A stretch of 64,000 nt of DNA from Proteromonas lacertae (GCA_002245135.1 NGBS01000593.1:62001-126000); one strand, 5' to 3'. Counted from the stretch's first letter, positions 1 to 13,562 are shown. The notes: a model not told the origin generated them from the letters alone. Made by a program: numbers and translations.

Positions 1-671
1 TGAGCTTTCAATTGAATGTCTACTGCTGATACTAAAATTATCATCATAATTATTACTTCTCTTCTTTCTCTTCTATTTTAACAATAATACACATTATAAA
101 ATTAAAATACTGGTTCATTATCAGACTCATCGTCGTATACATCATAAATTGCTGATGTATTTCCAACTACAGCAGATCCATAACTAATATTATAATCAGG
201 TTGATCAAAATAGGAAGGGTTTGTTGTGGTTCTACCACTATTATTTAGACACTTGTCCAAATGACTTGCATACCTTTTTATTGATGTCTATTACGTAAAT
301 TATTTAATATTTTTAATATATATATATACAGACCTTCCGCAATGATGACAATATATGGGAGGATCATCATTGCTTGGTGTTAACTCTATACAATCAATTT
401 GATTATGTTCTATTGTATCATAAATTTCTTCCAGACTATAACTTTCTGTCTTCATTTGTCTATGACACTAAAAAATTAATCAAATTCAATTTACATCAAA
501 TGCAATATCTTGACATATATCATTAAGTAATATATCAAATGTTATTTCTATTACTTTCTACAATATAGATATATCTTTAAATACATCTTCTAATGCTGTC
601 TTATTTTCTTTTATTGCTGTCTTACGAGATGATGACCGTTTCTATAATAGATTTAACAAAAATACACTCAT
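1..671 (-). CDS. SGF11: SAGA deubiquitination-module subunit Sgf11/ATXN7L3-like (spliced; 3' end runs off the window)
   Basis: Manual splicing gives MSKRSSSRK...ITFDILLNDICQDIAFDCHR...YCHHCGRS-TSIKRYASHLDKCL, matching the Sgf11 N-terminal helix and the CxxC...HLxKC zinc finger; short GT-AG introns. Confidence 0.7.
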
Positions 672-723
672 CGATAGTGCAAAAAAACGATTTTTGAATT
701 CTTAAAACGGATTAATTATTGGA

Positions 724-2854
724 ATGAAAGAAAAAAGAAATTATAGATCATCCTCTAGTAGTAGAAGCAATAGTAGAAGTGTAAGCAGTAGGAGCAGTAG
801 CCGAAGTAGTAAAAGCAAAAGTAGAAGCAGAAGTAGAAGTAGAGAGAAAACAATCAAAAGAAATAGTGATTCATATAGAAAAAGGGATTATAACAACACA
901 AATAAATATAATGATAGAAAACCTAACAGCTATAATAGAGACAGGAGAGAATTTAATAATGAAAGACAGTATAATAGAAATACACCATTTAATTCAATGA
1001 AAAACCGACAAAAATTTACACCCAATGAAGAAGAGAATATAGAAGAAAAAGACAAAGAATTTCTACTAAATCAGTATAAAGAAAGGTCAATGATTCGTTT
1101 AAAAGTATATAATAATAATGTAATCATTTTATATAGGAAAATAGAGCAGAAATAATTGACAGAATTGCAAAACATGTGTTAGTATTTGAAACAAATCTAA
1201 TTGATGACTATGCTTTACTTGATCCAGAGATAGAAGATGATGATAAAACAAAACCATACGAATATTTAGATAATTTATCATTCAAAGAGCTTGAAGATTT
1301 GAAAATTGACATTAAGAAATTCATTGAGATATATAAGTATGAGAAGAATGAAAAGAATGAATATTTTAAAGTATTATATTATATATTACATATATATTAT
1401 AGGAATTTGAAAATTTAGTCGAAATACTAATTACTCGATTAGATAGTAAATATAGTAATGTTTTACCATCCATTCAAGTATGAATATATAATAATAATTA
1501 TTATTATTATTTTATATAGGAAAAAATATTAGACATTATACAGAACAAGTCGTCAAATGAATTAGAAAAATTGATTGAGAGTATAGAAAACAGTAACAGT
1601 ATAAATATATATATAAATTGTTATTATATTGGGTATAGTTGTAATGGAAGAAGATTTTTCTGAAAATGTAGTGCAACAAGCCAAGATAATGTTATATAAG
1701 CAAAAATTATCAAAATTACATGAAATTCTATTGGATAAAAGAAAAGTGTTGATAAAACCAAAGAATCATAGTGAAAATAGAAATAAAATAACAATAAAAG
1801 AAAGAGATGATGTAGTTGATGAAGAAAAGGAAGAAATAAATAATGATAATATACAATCAAATAATATAGAATCAACAGAAACAATAAAGCCAAAGTCAAA
1901 ACCATCATTATTATCGCCTACATCGACTACATTATCTTCAACAACAAATAAAATAGTCAAATCAAAAGAGAATAATCACAATGATAATTGGAAGATAGAA
2001 AGTAGTGATTCTGAGGATGATAATAATATTGAAGAAATCGAATATATTGATTTACCTTACATCAATAATGATGATATTGATAGTTTTGTTAATCCTGGTA
2101 CAGTTAGTCCACTTTTATTAAGAGAAAAAGATATTGAGGATAAAACAATGATCATAGATCCAAAGGAAGATTTAATACAATTACAGGAAGAAAGGAGAAA
2201 GATATTGGAGAAACAGAATAGAGTGAATAATAAAGAGAGTGAATTTGTAATGAATGAAGATGATATTGATGAGTATGAATATATAGAATATTTTATTTTA
2301 TTTTATATATAATTATTTTGTTATTATTTTCTATTTACTTATATGTTTTATATTTTATAGTATGAATAATGATGGAACTCGTAATCCAAAACAAACAGAA
2401 ACTGCACTTGAAGCAAACTCAGAAATTATTTTACCACCACAAGTTTATCCTTGGCAAGATAAATATAAGCCTCGTAAGCCATTATATGTAAATAGAGTTA
2501 AAATGGGATTTGAATGGAATAGATTCAATCAAGCTCATTATGATGAAGATAATCCTCCACCAAAAGTTGTTTTTGGATATAAATTCAATATATTTTATCC
2601 TGATTTAGTCAATCCAAGTGATACTCCGAAGTATAAAGTATTGAAAGGAGAAACAAAAGAGTTTTGTATTTTGAAGTTTATATCTGGAGCACCTTATGAA
2701 GATATTGCATTTAAAGTATATTATTATAATTATTCTTATTTAGATAATTAATCGTGAATGGGATTATCAACCTAGAAATGGTTTTCAATGTTATTTTGAG
2801 AGAGGTATTCTTCATTTGTTTTTTAATTTCAAACGACCTAAGTATAGAAGATAA
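724..2854 (+). CDS. CACTIN: Cactin (spliceosome-associated), multi-exon
   Basis: RS-rich N-terminus; C-terminal YPWQDKYKPRKP..NRVKMGFEWNRFNQAHYDEDNPPPKVVFGYKFNIFYPDL..GAPYEDIAFK, spliced to IINREWDY...LHLFFNFKRPKYRR*. Confidence 0.93.
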
Positions 2855-3243
2855 ATAAATAAAAATTATTGTTGTTTTTGATGTGTTTTTATTTATTATA
2901 GTCATATATTTACTTTAAATTATATCTATTAATAATAAACAGAATTTTTATATAAATCAATTTATTATCATCTGGAAGTAGGTGTTAAGTATATTTAATA
3001 GAAAAATTGAGCATTTTTATAGTTGAAATTAAGATCATAGAAAACTGTTAGAAGTATCAAAATAAATAAAGTTATATACATAATCCACATTATTAATTGA
3101 TATTAATCTTCCTTATAATAAATCAAACCAAATTAATTTTCGATTGACTTTAATTTTATTTGTTTGTGTTAGTTTATTGTTTCTATACCTCCTAAACATC
3201 ATAATAAAAAGAAAGAAAAAAGAAATTAACAAAAAGAATAAAA

Positions 3244-3344
3244 AGAATCGTTACTATGCCACTGTACTACTATCATAGCTCGTACAATCTTAACTTCGCA
3301 GTTCTGATGGGATGCGGTACTTTGTTGTAGATATGAACGATTCT
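3244..3344 (-). rRNA. 5S rRNA: 5S rRNA gene or pseudogene, 101 nt, with an apparent deletion in helix IV/loop D
   Basis: Minus strand AGAATCGTT-CATA-TCTACAA...ACCGCATCCCATCAGAACTGCGAAGTTAAG...GCTATG-ATAGTA...CATAGT-AACGATTCT-TTTT: helices I, II, III and V pair, loop C is canonical, and a Pol III T-run follows. Confidence 0.88.
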
Positions 3345-3499
3345 GATTATTTTTGCACTCTTTTTTCTTATATATCACTCTCTCTTTTATATTTTCTTAT
3401 AAACAATTAATATCATTCTAAGAATGAATTTATAGATAGAAAATATACTATATATTCATTTATTCATGTTATTATATTAATATCTGTACTTTATGATGA

Positions 3500-3935
3500 T
3501 TCAAAGAGAAAATGTGTTATTGTGTGATAGTTTTAAGAGTGAGAAAAGATGAAGATTTGAGATTATATGATATATGCTTTAAATCTCCAGAAGAGTTGAA
3601 TGGGTTAGAATGTGATGATCGAAGTGTGATTTGGCTAATTGGATGTATATTATATGAAATGATTTGTAAGAAATTACCATTTAATGAAGATAATAATATG
3701 AATAAAACAAAAGAGAATATTGTGAGATGTAAAGACAGTTAAGATATAGAATGTGATAATATGATGAAAGAAATGATAAATAGAACATTAAACAGTATTA
3801 TTGAGAGATAAAAAGAATAATATATTGATATGTAAAGAGAGAAAAGTAATATTGTTTAACAATAATACTTCGATTGTTGATATACCAATAATATATCTAT
3901 CAGTTTATTATTTACAAATTAGAAAATGGAAAAGT
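3500..3935 (+). pseudogene. Degenerate fragment of the pseudokinase-LRR family
   Basis: RKDEDLRLYDICFKSPEELNGLEC..VIWLIGCILYEMICKKLPFNED closely resembles the gene at 12185-13198 but is interrupted by stops and lacks the N-lobe. Confidence 0.75.
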
Positions 3936-4375
3936 ATATTATAACCATAATATTTGAATAGAAATTCGAAATTTAATAAGGATTGAAAGGTTTATTCTCA
4001 AAATTTCCAATCTCAAATGTTGTTTAGTATTATGAAGGTATTTAATGGAATATTTGATGATTTGTGAGATAGATAAGAAGTATATTAGACTGAAAAACCT
4101 TTTTTTATAATCTGAAATGAGTTTTATATTTATATAAATATGTATTGCGATATGTTTGTTGGTATAGAGATTCTGCAACTAAAATCTTTAAAAATACTAT
4201 ACATCCATTGTATGCAGTGCTATTTTATACATCCTATCTGAATGTGTGACATCCTTTAATCAATAGTTACTATAAATATTGTTGAAACAACAACAAAAAA
4301 CACTCGTAAAACAAAAATTGTCAATTTCTTCTTTTCGTTTTTTCACACTTGCAGGTGGGTAAATAAATATAAAAC

Positions 4376-7341
4376 ATGTACAGTCCTACCTCTAATGATA
4401 GTATACTACAAACTATAGGAGGTGGTGGTTATTCCAAAGTATATTTGGTTAATCAAAACGGAATTCTTCTATCAAGGAAGGATATTGATTCTACAAAAAT
4501 TAGTCAAGAAGAATTTCTGTTAATTCAGAACGAAGTAAGCCTACTTCAAAAGATGAGAGACAGAAATGTAATAATGTATAAAAGTTCTTATTTTAATCCA
4601 ACTACTGGCATTTTGTCAATTTACACAGAATATTTCCCAAATGGTGATCTAGCTAATGAAATCGAGAATCATCGAAAAAGTGGTCAGTTTTACAATGAAA
4701 AAGTATTATTTCTAAATAATATTATGTTAATAGGAAGTTATAAAATACTTAAAAGACATGTGTAAAGGTTTACAATATATTCATGGAGAAGGAATTATTC
4801 ATAGGGATTTAAAACCAGCCAACATATTTATTGGTGAAAATAATAAATTGGTATTAGGAGATTTTGGTATAGCAATATCATCAAATCAAAAATCAAATCA
4901 ATTGATAGGTACAGCTGGTTATATAGCACCTGAATTATGGGTAACATCTCCTCCATTATATACACCATCAAGTGATGTGTTTTCTTTGGGATGTATATTA
5001 TATGAAATTTATACTTTGAGATATGCTTATACTGGAAGAACAAGAGAAGATATAAGAGATTTGATAATGAATGTAAACTATTTTCCACCATTTAACCAAT
5101 TGAAAAATCGATCTAATTTAATTGAACAATTGATAGGTGACATGATAAATAGAGATATGAATAGAAGATTATCTATATCTAATATTCTTTCTATTATATC
5201 AACCTATCAAAAACCTTCAACAAATGTTAATCGTCCAATATCATTAAAGCCCAATATATCTCAAGATAGTGGAATTATAGTGAATCCATCTCAGTTAATA
5301 TCGCCGCAACCTATAAATAGAAAATTTTCATCATCATCATCATCTTCATCACTCTCTTCAATCGATGATATAAATAATAACAATAACAACAATGATAATG
5401 ATAATGACAATGAAATAATTGATTTTTATTTAAATGATTACCCTTATCATGGTTATAAATATATAGATTATTGTGAAAATGAAATAAAAATAATTCAACT
5501 AATACAAGAAAAATCGTTATTATATCCTCATTTAAACCAATCAAAACCTTCATTTACAGTGAAAGAAAAAGAAATATTTTTGAAGAATGAAAATATTAAA
5601 AATAGATATTATAAAATGATAAAAATAGGATGTGAGAATTGTGGATATAAATATCCAATAATGAATAATGAGATTGAAAGAATAAGAAATGAAAATGATA
5701 AAGATACAATAATGGAAATATTAATTCAAATGTTAAACAGTATAAAAGATATCTATTTAGATGAAAAATCAATAAAAATGCTAAATGAATATTTAACTGA
5801 CTGTATATATATATATATTTATTTAAATCAATTTATTAATATATTTTGTTATAGTGAGAAACACAGTTATTATACATGAATCACCTTCATTTCCATCACC
5901 ACCAATTCAACAACCGATACAACCGTCAATACAACCGATACAACCTTCAATACAACCGATACAACCGATACAACCACCAGTAGAACAAATAATACAACAA
6001 ATACCACAAATAGTACAAGCTGTTCAACCAATAGTTCAGGCAATACAACCTACAGAATATAATCCACAACAACAACAACAACCATTTTATAACCAAATAA
6101 TTCAATTTTACACATCAAAAACCAAGTTTAATGATAAATACATATCTGAATATGCAAATATGATGAATGATCCAGTCGCTTTACAGAATATCGATTTCTA
6201 TCATCATTTACCTATGTATATGCCATTATTAAATCAAATAAATCCACCGTTCAGTATAGTTGAGAAGATAGAATTCCAGAATAATATGATTATAAAATCT
6301 GGTTATATACCAATGGTTTATTTAATATTAATAAAATATGGATATATAATACACAATAATAAGATAGAATTAATCCATCAAAATGGAATTTATGAAAAGT
6401 GGAAGAATCAAGATGAAACTAAAATAGTTGTAAATCATATAAAGAAAAGTATAATAGATATATATGATGGAATACTTTATGATAATAACAATAACAATAT
6501 AGTAAAATGTATTGATTGTATTTTACAAGCAGATAATCAACCATATGTATTACCATATTTACCAAATCAAACATTATATGCTCAGCAACAGCAAAAACAA
6601 CAACAACAACAATATCATCCTCCACCTTCACAAATCTTACTACCTCCATTACAACCTCAGCAAGTACAATATCAACTACCATCAACTCAACAACAACAAT
6701 TTCAATTACCACCATCATTATCACCATCACCAACAGCTGTAGCTCAACCACGATATCAATATATTTATCAACCATTCCCACAATATCAACAATATAATCC
6801 ACAGCAAATTATTTCTCAATATCCATCAATAATCTCATTTTATGAAGGAAATGAAAGATTGAATGGAAAATTAGTTGGTGAATATCACGAGATGTTTAAT
6901 ACATTAGCTTTACAAAAAGTAGATTTCTTAAAAGATATGTTCTTTTATTTCCCAGTAGTAAATCAGCCAAATCCACGATTTAGAGAAGAAGATAAAGAGA
7001 TGATGTGTAATAATGATGTAATAAAATTATCTTACATAAATATGGTGAAGGTTGTATTATCTAAGTATGGATATACATTAATTGCTGAACCATTAGGGTA
7101 TGGTAAGATACGTAGTATTTTTGAGAAGTGGAGATATAATGAAGAGACAATTAGACTATTAAACCAAATCAGAGGTAGTATGATGTCAATATTTGGAAAT
7201 GATGATATTGTTCAGATTCTTGATAAAATATTGTGTGATAACAATCGTAATATGTTGTATGTGCCGTATGGAAGTTTTGGAAATCAGCATATTCGTGTAA
7301 ATAATGAAAGAAATAGTAAATGTCCATGTGCAATTATGTAA
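4376..7341 (+). CDS. NEK-like Ser/Thr kinase fused to three OGFr-like repeats with P/Q-rich linkers and a C-terminal CaaX (CAIM)
   Basis: GGGGYSKV, HRDLKPAN, DFG and APE are intact; short introns near 4703 and 5802 join the three ORFs; ends KCPCAIM*. Confidence 0.85.
5545..5845 (+). repeat. About 301-bp apparently identical duplication, copy 1 (copy 2 at 8427-8727)
   Basis: Same sequence from AACCTTCATTTACAG to ATTAATATATT at offset 2882, including intron sequence. Confidence 0.9.
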
Positions 7342-7480
7342 ATGATGTGCTCTTCTACTTATATAACTATAATATATATACACTTTATTTGTTTTTTTTG
7401 TTTTTCATTTATTGGGGAATGAAAAAAAATTTCAAACCCATTTTATTAATTTGAATTTTTCAAATTAAAGAGTAAGAAAT

Positions 7481-10391
7481 ATGGACAATAGCCATGATGA
7501 GCATACTAAAACACATGAAAATAATTCTCAGACATCACAAGAAAAGCCAAAAATAATAGAATCTCAGTCAAACCCTAAACCAAATAAGGTAACTAATAAT
7601 ATTAACAATGGAACCATACAAAAAGATACAGAGCTACCAAGTAAGATTAAAAAACCTGGTTTTGCTACAAAGGCAGCCAAAATAGAAGATATTAAACTAA
7701 AAATCCTTACTGATGTATTTTTTATTACATTATATTATTAATTAGCTGACAAAATTCTATTCTGGTGAAGAAACTTACAAAAATCAGAACATTTCCTATT
7801 TCATTAACTTATCTACCAATAATCTCAATAAATTAGAAGTAGCTAAGAATTTGAAACACTTTTGGCCAGTTTTAAACCAAAATGAGCCAAAATTCACAGA
7901 AAATGATCGAAAAAGTATATTTGACTATTCTCTATATAATAGTATTCAATGAAAATGAGAAAATTAAAGAAAATTACTACAAAATGGTAAGTCAAGGATG
8001 CAATTATTGTGATTTTTTGTATAGTAAAGAAAGTATTGATAGTATGCCAAAGAAGAAGGTAAATACATCAAATATTACAAAGGAAACAATAAAACAAAGA
8101 ATTGAAATACTTAATCAAATAATTAATAGTGTTAAAAGTATATATGAAGATGAAAAAACATCGAAAATATTAGAAGAATATAAATCTGAATGTATAAATA
8201 TTTAACTTTTAATATCATTATTTTATTTACTTAGTAAACATTGTATTATCTTCAATTGAAAAACAATCTGTTATTACTACCTCTAATTCTGAAATAATCT
8301 TATTTTATACTGACAAAATAAACTTAAATGATGAATCATTTGATGGTTTAAGTAAAAAATGTGAAAGTGATATTGAAACATTGTTGGATTACAGCGTTGT
8401 GTTTTATCCATTATTAGATCAAGAAGAACCTTCATTTACAGTGAAAGAAAAAGAAATATTTTTGAAGAATGAAAATATTAAAAATAGATATTATAAAATG
8501 ATAAAAATAGGATGTGAGAATTGTGGATATAAATATCCAATAATGAATAATGAGATTGAAAGAATAAGAAATGAAAATGATAAAGATACAATAATGGAAA
8601 TATTAATTCAAATGTTAAACAGTATAAAAGATATCTATTTAGATGAAAAATCAATAAAAATGCTAAATGAATATTTAACTGACTGTATATATATATATAT
8701 TTATTTAAATCAATTTATTAATATATTATAGTAAAATCACCAAAACCAAAAACAATTGTAGAATCAAAGCCAACAATAACACCAACAGAAACGAAAAAAG
8801 AAGAAGTAAAACTTACAGAGGAAAAGCCAAAAATAGAAACTCAATCAATATCAACAGCAGTAAAGATAGAACCAGCAATAACACCAAATGCAGATTCAAA
8901 GACAGAAACACCAGCAACAGAAGTTACAACATTATCAGAAACAAAAGAATCAACAACTACTACATCAACTGAAACAAATCCATCACAAGCAGCAACTGCA
9001 GAAACACCTGCAGAAACAAAACCAACTGATTTAAATACAATAGAATCAATGCCAACACCAAATATAACACCAACAGCAATTCAATCAACAGAAACAAAAC
9101 CATCAATAACTACAATAACACCAACTACAGAAACATCTCCAGAAAGCAAGTTAAAGATTACAATTCAGAATACTCATAACATTGATTCTCATCATCATCA
9201 TCATCATCGACAAGATATAAAACCAATCTTAAAGCCATTTACAATAGTCAATTTTTACAAAGGTGATAGTATATATCAAGGTAAAACAATAGGTGCTTAT
9301 ACATCACTAATAAACAATGAAGAAGAATTGCAAAACACAAAATTTGAATTGAATGTATATATATATATATATATTGTTTTAATTATAATTAAATAGATAT
9401 TTATGCCTTTAATCAGTGAAAATGATCCACTATTTACTGAAGAAGATAAAAATGAATTTAATAATGACATTTTAATCAAAGAATCTTATAAATTAATGAT
9501 TAATGCATTGTTATACAAATATGGTTATCGATTAACCAATCATTATGTTCATCATATTAATGAGAAAATAACAAAATGGAAAGGAAAAGAAGAAACAGTA
9601 ACTACATTGAATAGAATAAAAAACAGTATAAATGAAATATATAATAATAACAATCAAAATAATGAATTTACAGATACTTTACAGTTATTAGAAACAATTA
9701 TACTTGAAAACACAAAACCATTATCTGATAGAAAGATATCCAAAACAATTAATAGAAAATTATCAATTAATACAAGTAACAGTTGTAGTAGTACTATTAC
9801 TAATACAAATGATGAAATTTCTATTGTGAATTTTTACAAAGGTAAGAATGATTTAAATGGTAAAACAATTGATCAATATTTGACTTTAGTCGGAAAGACA
9901 TTATTAGAAGATATTGATTTTTATACTGATCTATCTGTATATATTATTATTATTATTATTTAATATAGATATTTATTCCATTATTAAACCAGCAAAATCC
10001 TCCTTTCACTCAAGAGGATAAAGAAATATTCAAAAATGAATTGAAGAATATTCATATAGCCGCTATTTATTTAATTTTATCAAAATATGGATATAAAGAG
10101 AATCAGAATAGAATTGAACATATAAATGGTGTATATGAAAAATGGAAAGGCAAAAAGGAAACTGTAAATGTAATAAATCAAATGAAAAAGAGTGTACATG
10201 ATATATATATAAGAAATAAAACTAATGAAGATGAAATAATTAATCATTTGTATGAGAAATTAGATGAAATACTATCTGAAAACACGCCAAATGTAATTAT
10301 TCAGAATACTGAGCCAACTAAACTTAAGATTACTACAAATACAAGTGTAGATGATGATTCTTCTAAAGGTGGTTGTTGTGTCATAATATAG
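7481..10391 (+). CDS. Protein with four OGFr-like repeats, a Thr/Pro-rich linker and a C-terminal CaaX (GGCCVII)
   Basis: Spliced exons repeat the motif [IL]xxFYxG...P[LV]LxQxxPxFTxx[DE]K...KYGY...KW...IxxSIxxIY; ends GGCCVII*. Confidence 0.8.
8427..8727 (+). repeat. About 301-bp apparently identical duplication, copy 2
   Basis: Matches 5545-5845. Confidence 0.9.
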
Positions 10392-10768
10392 CTTAAATAC
10401 ATAAATTAATTAATTAATTAATTGCATTTCTATTTCATCTGTTTTTAATATTTTTACAGGTTTGTATAGGATTATTACAAAAAATAGGATAATGTTACAG
10501 CTACTAGGTGTTTAATAGTTCGATTATATGTTATTTCTTTCCCCTATTTTGAGTATATACATATAGTCATAATACTATAATAAATACTATATATGTGACT
10601 TATAAAACAAGAAATATTGAAAAGAAAAATATACAAGCTTTTGCTTGAATGATTGTATTTTATTGTATTTCATATTTTTCATACTTATGATCATTTTGGA
10701 TGAATCAATTTGATGTTAAAATGATTTATGTATTAATCAAGCATATAATCAAAATTATAATAGATCAA

Positions 10769-13466
10769 TTATTCTACATTCCAGAATTCTTTAGATAGCT
10801 GCTTCTTTTCTTTTTCTGATATTCCATCTAGTTTTATTCTTCCAATTGATTGAATTTTTTTCAAAAATAATCTTAATAGTGATTTATCTATATTTTCTTT
10901 CGTTGTAATGGACAGTTCATTTAGCCTATAAAATACACCTTCATTGTTTTTCATTAATCTTAACATTCTTTCATCTAATTCATTTCCTGATATATCAATC
11001 TTTTTTAATTCCCTAAATACACATAATTTTTCTATCAACGTTTTTAAACCCTTGTAACTCATTCCTATATCTATTCGAATTATAATATTTAAATATACTT
11101 GATAGATTTAATGATGCTGGAAAATCAACAACAAATACATTTAAACGCCTACACATCATTTTGATCCCTTCATCTCCAATAGGATTGTTATATATCGATA
11201 TGAATTTGGCATGTATTATAGGTTTTGATAAAGAGCTTAAAAGTTCATTTAATCCTTTAGAAGTAATTCTATTGTTGGTAAATCAATCTCGTCATAATAA
11301 ATCTGTTTGATTAACGAAATATGATAATTATTTAGATTTAAATCTATTTTGATATAAAGATGAATTGTATACTAGAAAAATCACAACTTTTATATTTTTC
11401 TCTTGTATCAAGAAAATCACAATCATATTCTCTTCTCTTCTTCTTAATACAATAATTCAGATAGTATTCCAATTCTTGATTTGTCCATGATGAATTATTC
11501 ATTTCTATAAATGGATAATATTTATTTTGTAATGATTTTGAACAAATTGATTTTAATCCTTCCATACCTATTCTATTTCCATTTAGATTTATAACTGTTA
11601 TTTCTTTTGAGTCATCAGATATTATTTGCGTTAATAACTTCACACTTACATCATTTATTGACATTTTACTCAAATCTATATAACATGGATAATAAATTGT
11701 GAGTTTATTCAAAATCTTAATTAAAATCTTGAATCCAGCATTACCAACAGGATTATCTAACAATGAATTATTATAATACATATAAATATACTATGGACGA
11801 ATAAATGTAGAATATTATCATTCTCATTCAAATAATTTATCAAGCATTCTATTCCATATGAATGAATAGTATTATCACTTATATTAAGATAGTTAATCTT
11901 TTCATGAACATTTTTTAAACCATCTAATAAATATTTTAATCCAATTGAAGATAATCCCATATCTATTATATATTGTAGAATAATTATTATACTTGAACAA
12001 TTTAGTTCATTATTATCCTCAATTAGTAAATGTAAATGTGGAGATAACAATTTCATTCCTAGATTTCCTATATCATTTCCATATAATTTTAGATGACCAT
12101 TATTATTATTATATGAGGATAAATTATTTATCAGTATTTCCATATCTGAATATGGTATGTTATTATCTATAGGATAGAAAAATATCAATTAATACTACTC
12201 AAATCTAAATACATAATATGTCTAAATTCAAAAAGCCTTACTAATTTCATCAAATAATTCATTCCTTCTTTACATAAACAAATACAGTTGTTACCAATTC
12301 TAATTGTTAATGATCCATAATAAACTGTTGTAATACCAAATATTCTTTCATCTAAGTAACAGTTTTTCCCACTCTCTTCACATTTGTGATATTTTTGAAA
12401 CTTTAGCTTATAGTTTTCTTCATCATATTCTTTGCATAATTTCATCATCAATAACATTGACAAAATTCTTTCGTTTGGCTTATTATTGTAAGACTTCACT
12501 AAAGCATCTCGTATTTCTTCCCATTTATCACTTTCAAGATAATATCCTACTGGATATATAATTGGAAGTTTAACAATCAGTTTATCATAATTCAATAACA
12601 TTTCTTTTCTTTCTCTACATATCAATAGATTATTCTCTTCATCTCTCATCATTTCACACCTCTTTATCATTTCTTTATTCAACTCTTTTAAACTCAATCT
12701 ATCTTCATTTTTTGCTTTTAACATTCTGAATATCATTTTTCTCATCATATCATCTTTTATTTTTTCTGAATTATATTCACATCTCAGAATGTTGTTGAGG
12801 GTTTTAAACATATTCTCATCTTCATTAAATGGTAATTTCTTGTTTATCATTTCATATAATATACAGCCAATTGACCAAACCACACTTTTCTCATTACATT
12901 CTAATCCATTCAATTCTTCAAGGCTTTTGAAACACACATCATACACTCTCAAATCTTCTTCTTTTCTCAATAAATCCAAACCAAAATCACATAATTTTAT
13001 ATTACCATTTTTTCCATATATTATGTTACTACTCATTAAATTGCCAATAACTACATCATATTCATTCAATATTATCAATGTATCACATATTGAACATATC
13101 ATATCACATATATCACATTTTGTTAAGGAATTATTTTGAATTATCTCTTCTAAGTCTCTCAAGTAATATTTTCGTAATATTAATATATGCTCACTCAAAT
13201 GAAATACTTCAAAAGGATAAATAAAGGATGAACTACAATCAAACAGAAATGAGTTATGTTCTAAGAACTTTAATACACTTTTTTCTTTTAATCCATTTAT
13301 ATTAAGTATTTTTACCTTTTTATAACCATTTTTATGTTGAACAACAGAATCTACTTCATTACTGTTCTTTTCGACCTTATCTTTTATCTATTATTTAGAA
13401 TATACAAAATACTTTCATTTTAGGTATAAAAATAGAAAATAATATCTCATCTATTGAATTATTCAT
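10769..13466 (-). CDS. Pseudokinase plus RNI-type leucine-rich repeats, multi-exon; one apparent 1-nt frameshift near 11281
   Basis: Kinase fold with IGNLMSSNI in place of HRDLKxxN and DFG retained; LRR units such as LYGNDIGNLG, LNISDNTIHSYG, DNPVGNAG, INLNGNRIGMEG and IDISGNEL. Confidence 0.8.
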
Positions 13467-13562
13467 CTTTTAGATTTTAATGAAAATAGAGTCGTTTCAT
13501 ATTCAACATAATTTCACAATTATTTTAACAATAAAACAAATAATTATATATATATTTAATAA

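Noticed and set aside
3244..3345. Plus-strand C/D snoRNA (terminal stem plus CTGA)
   Set aside because: The reverse complement matches 5S rRNA much better.
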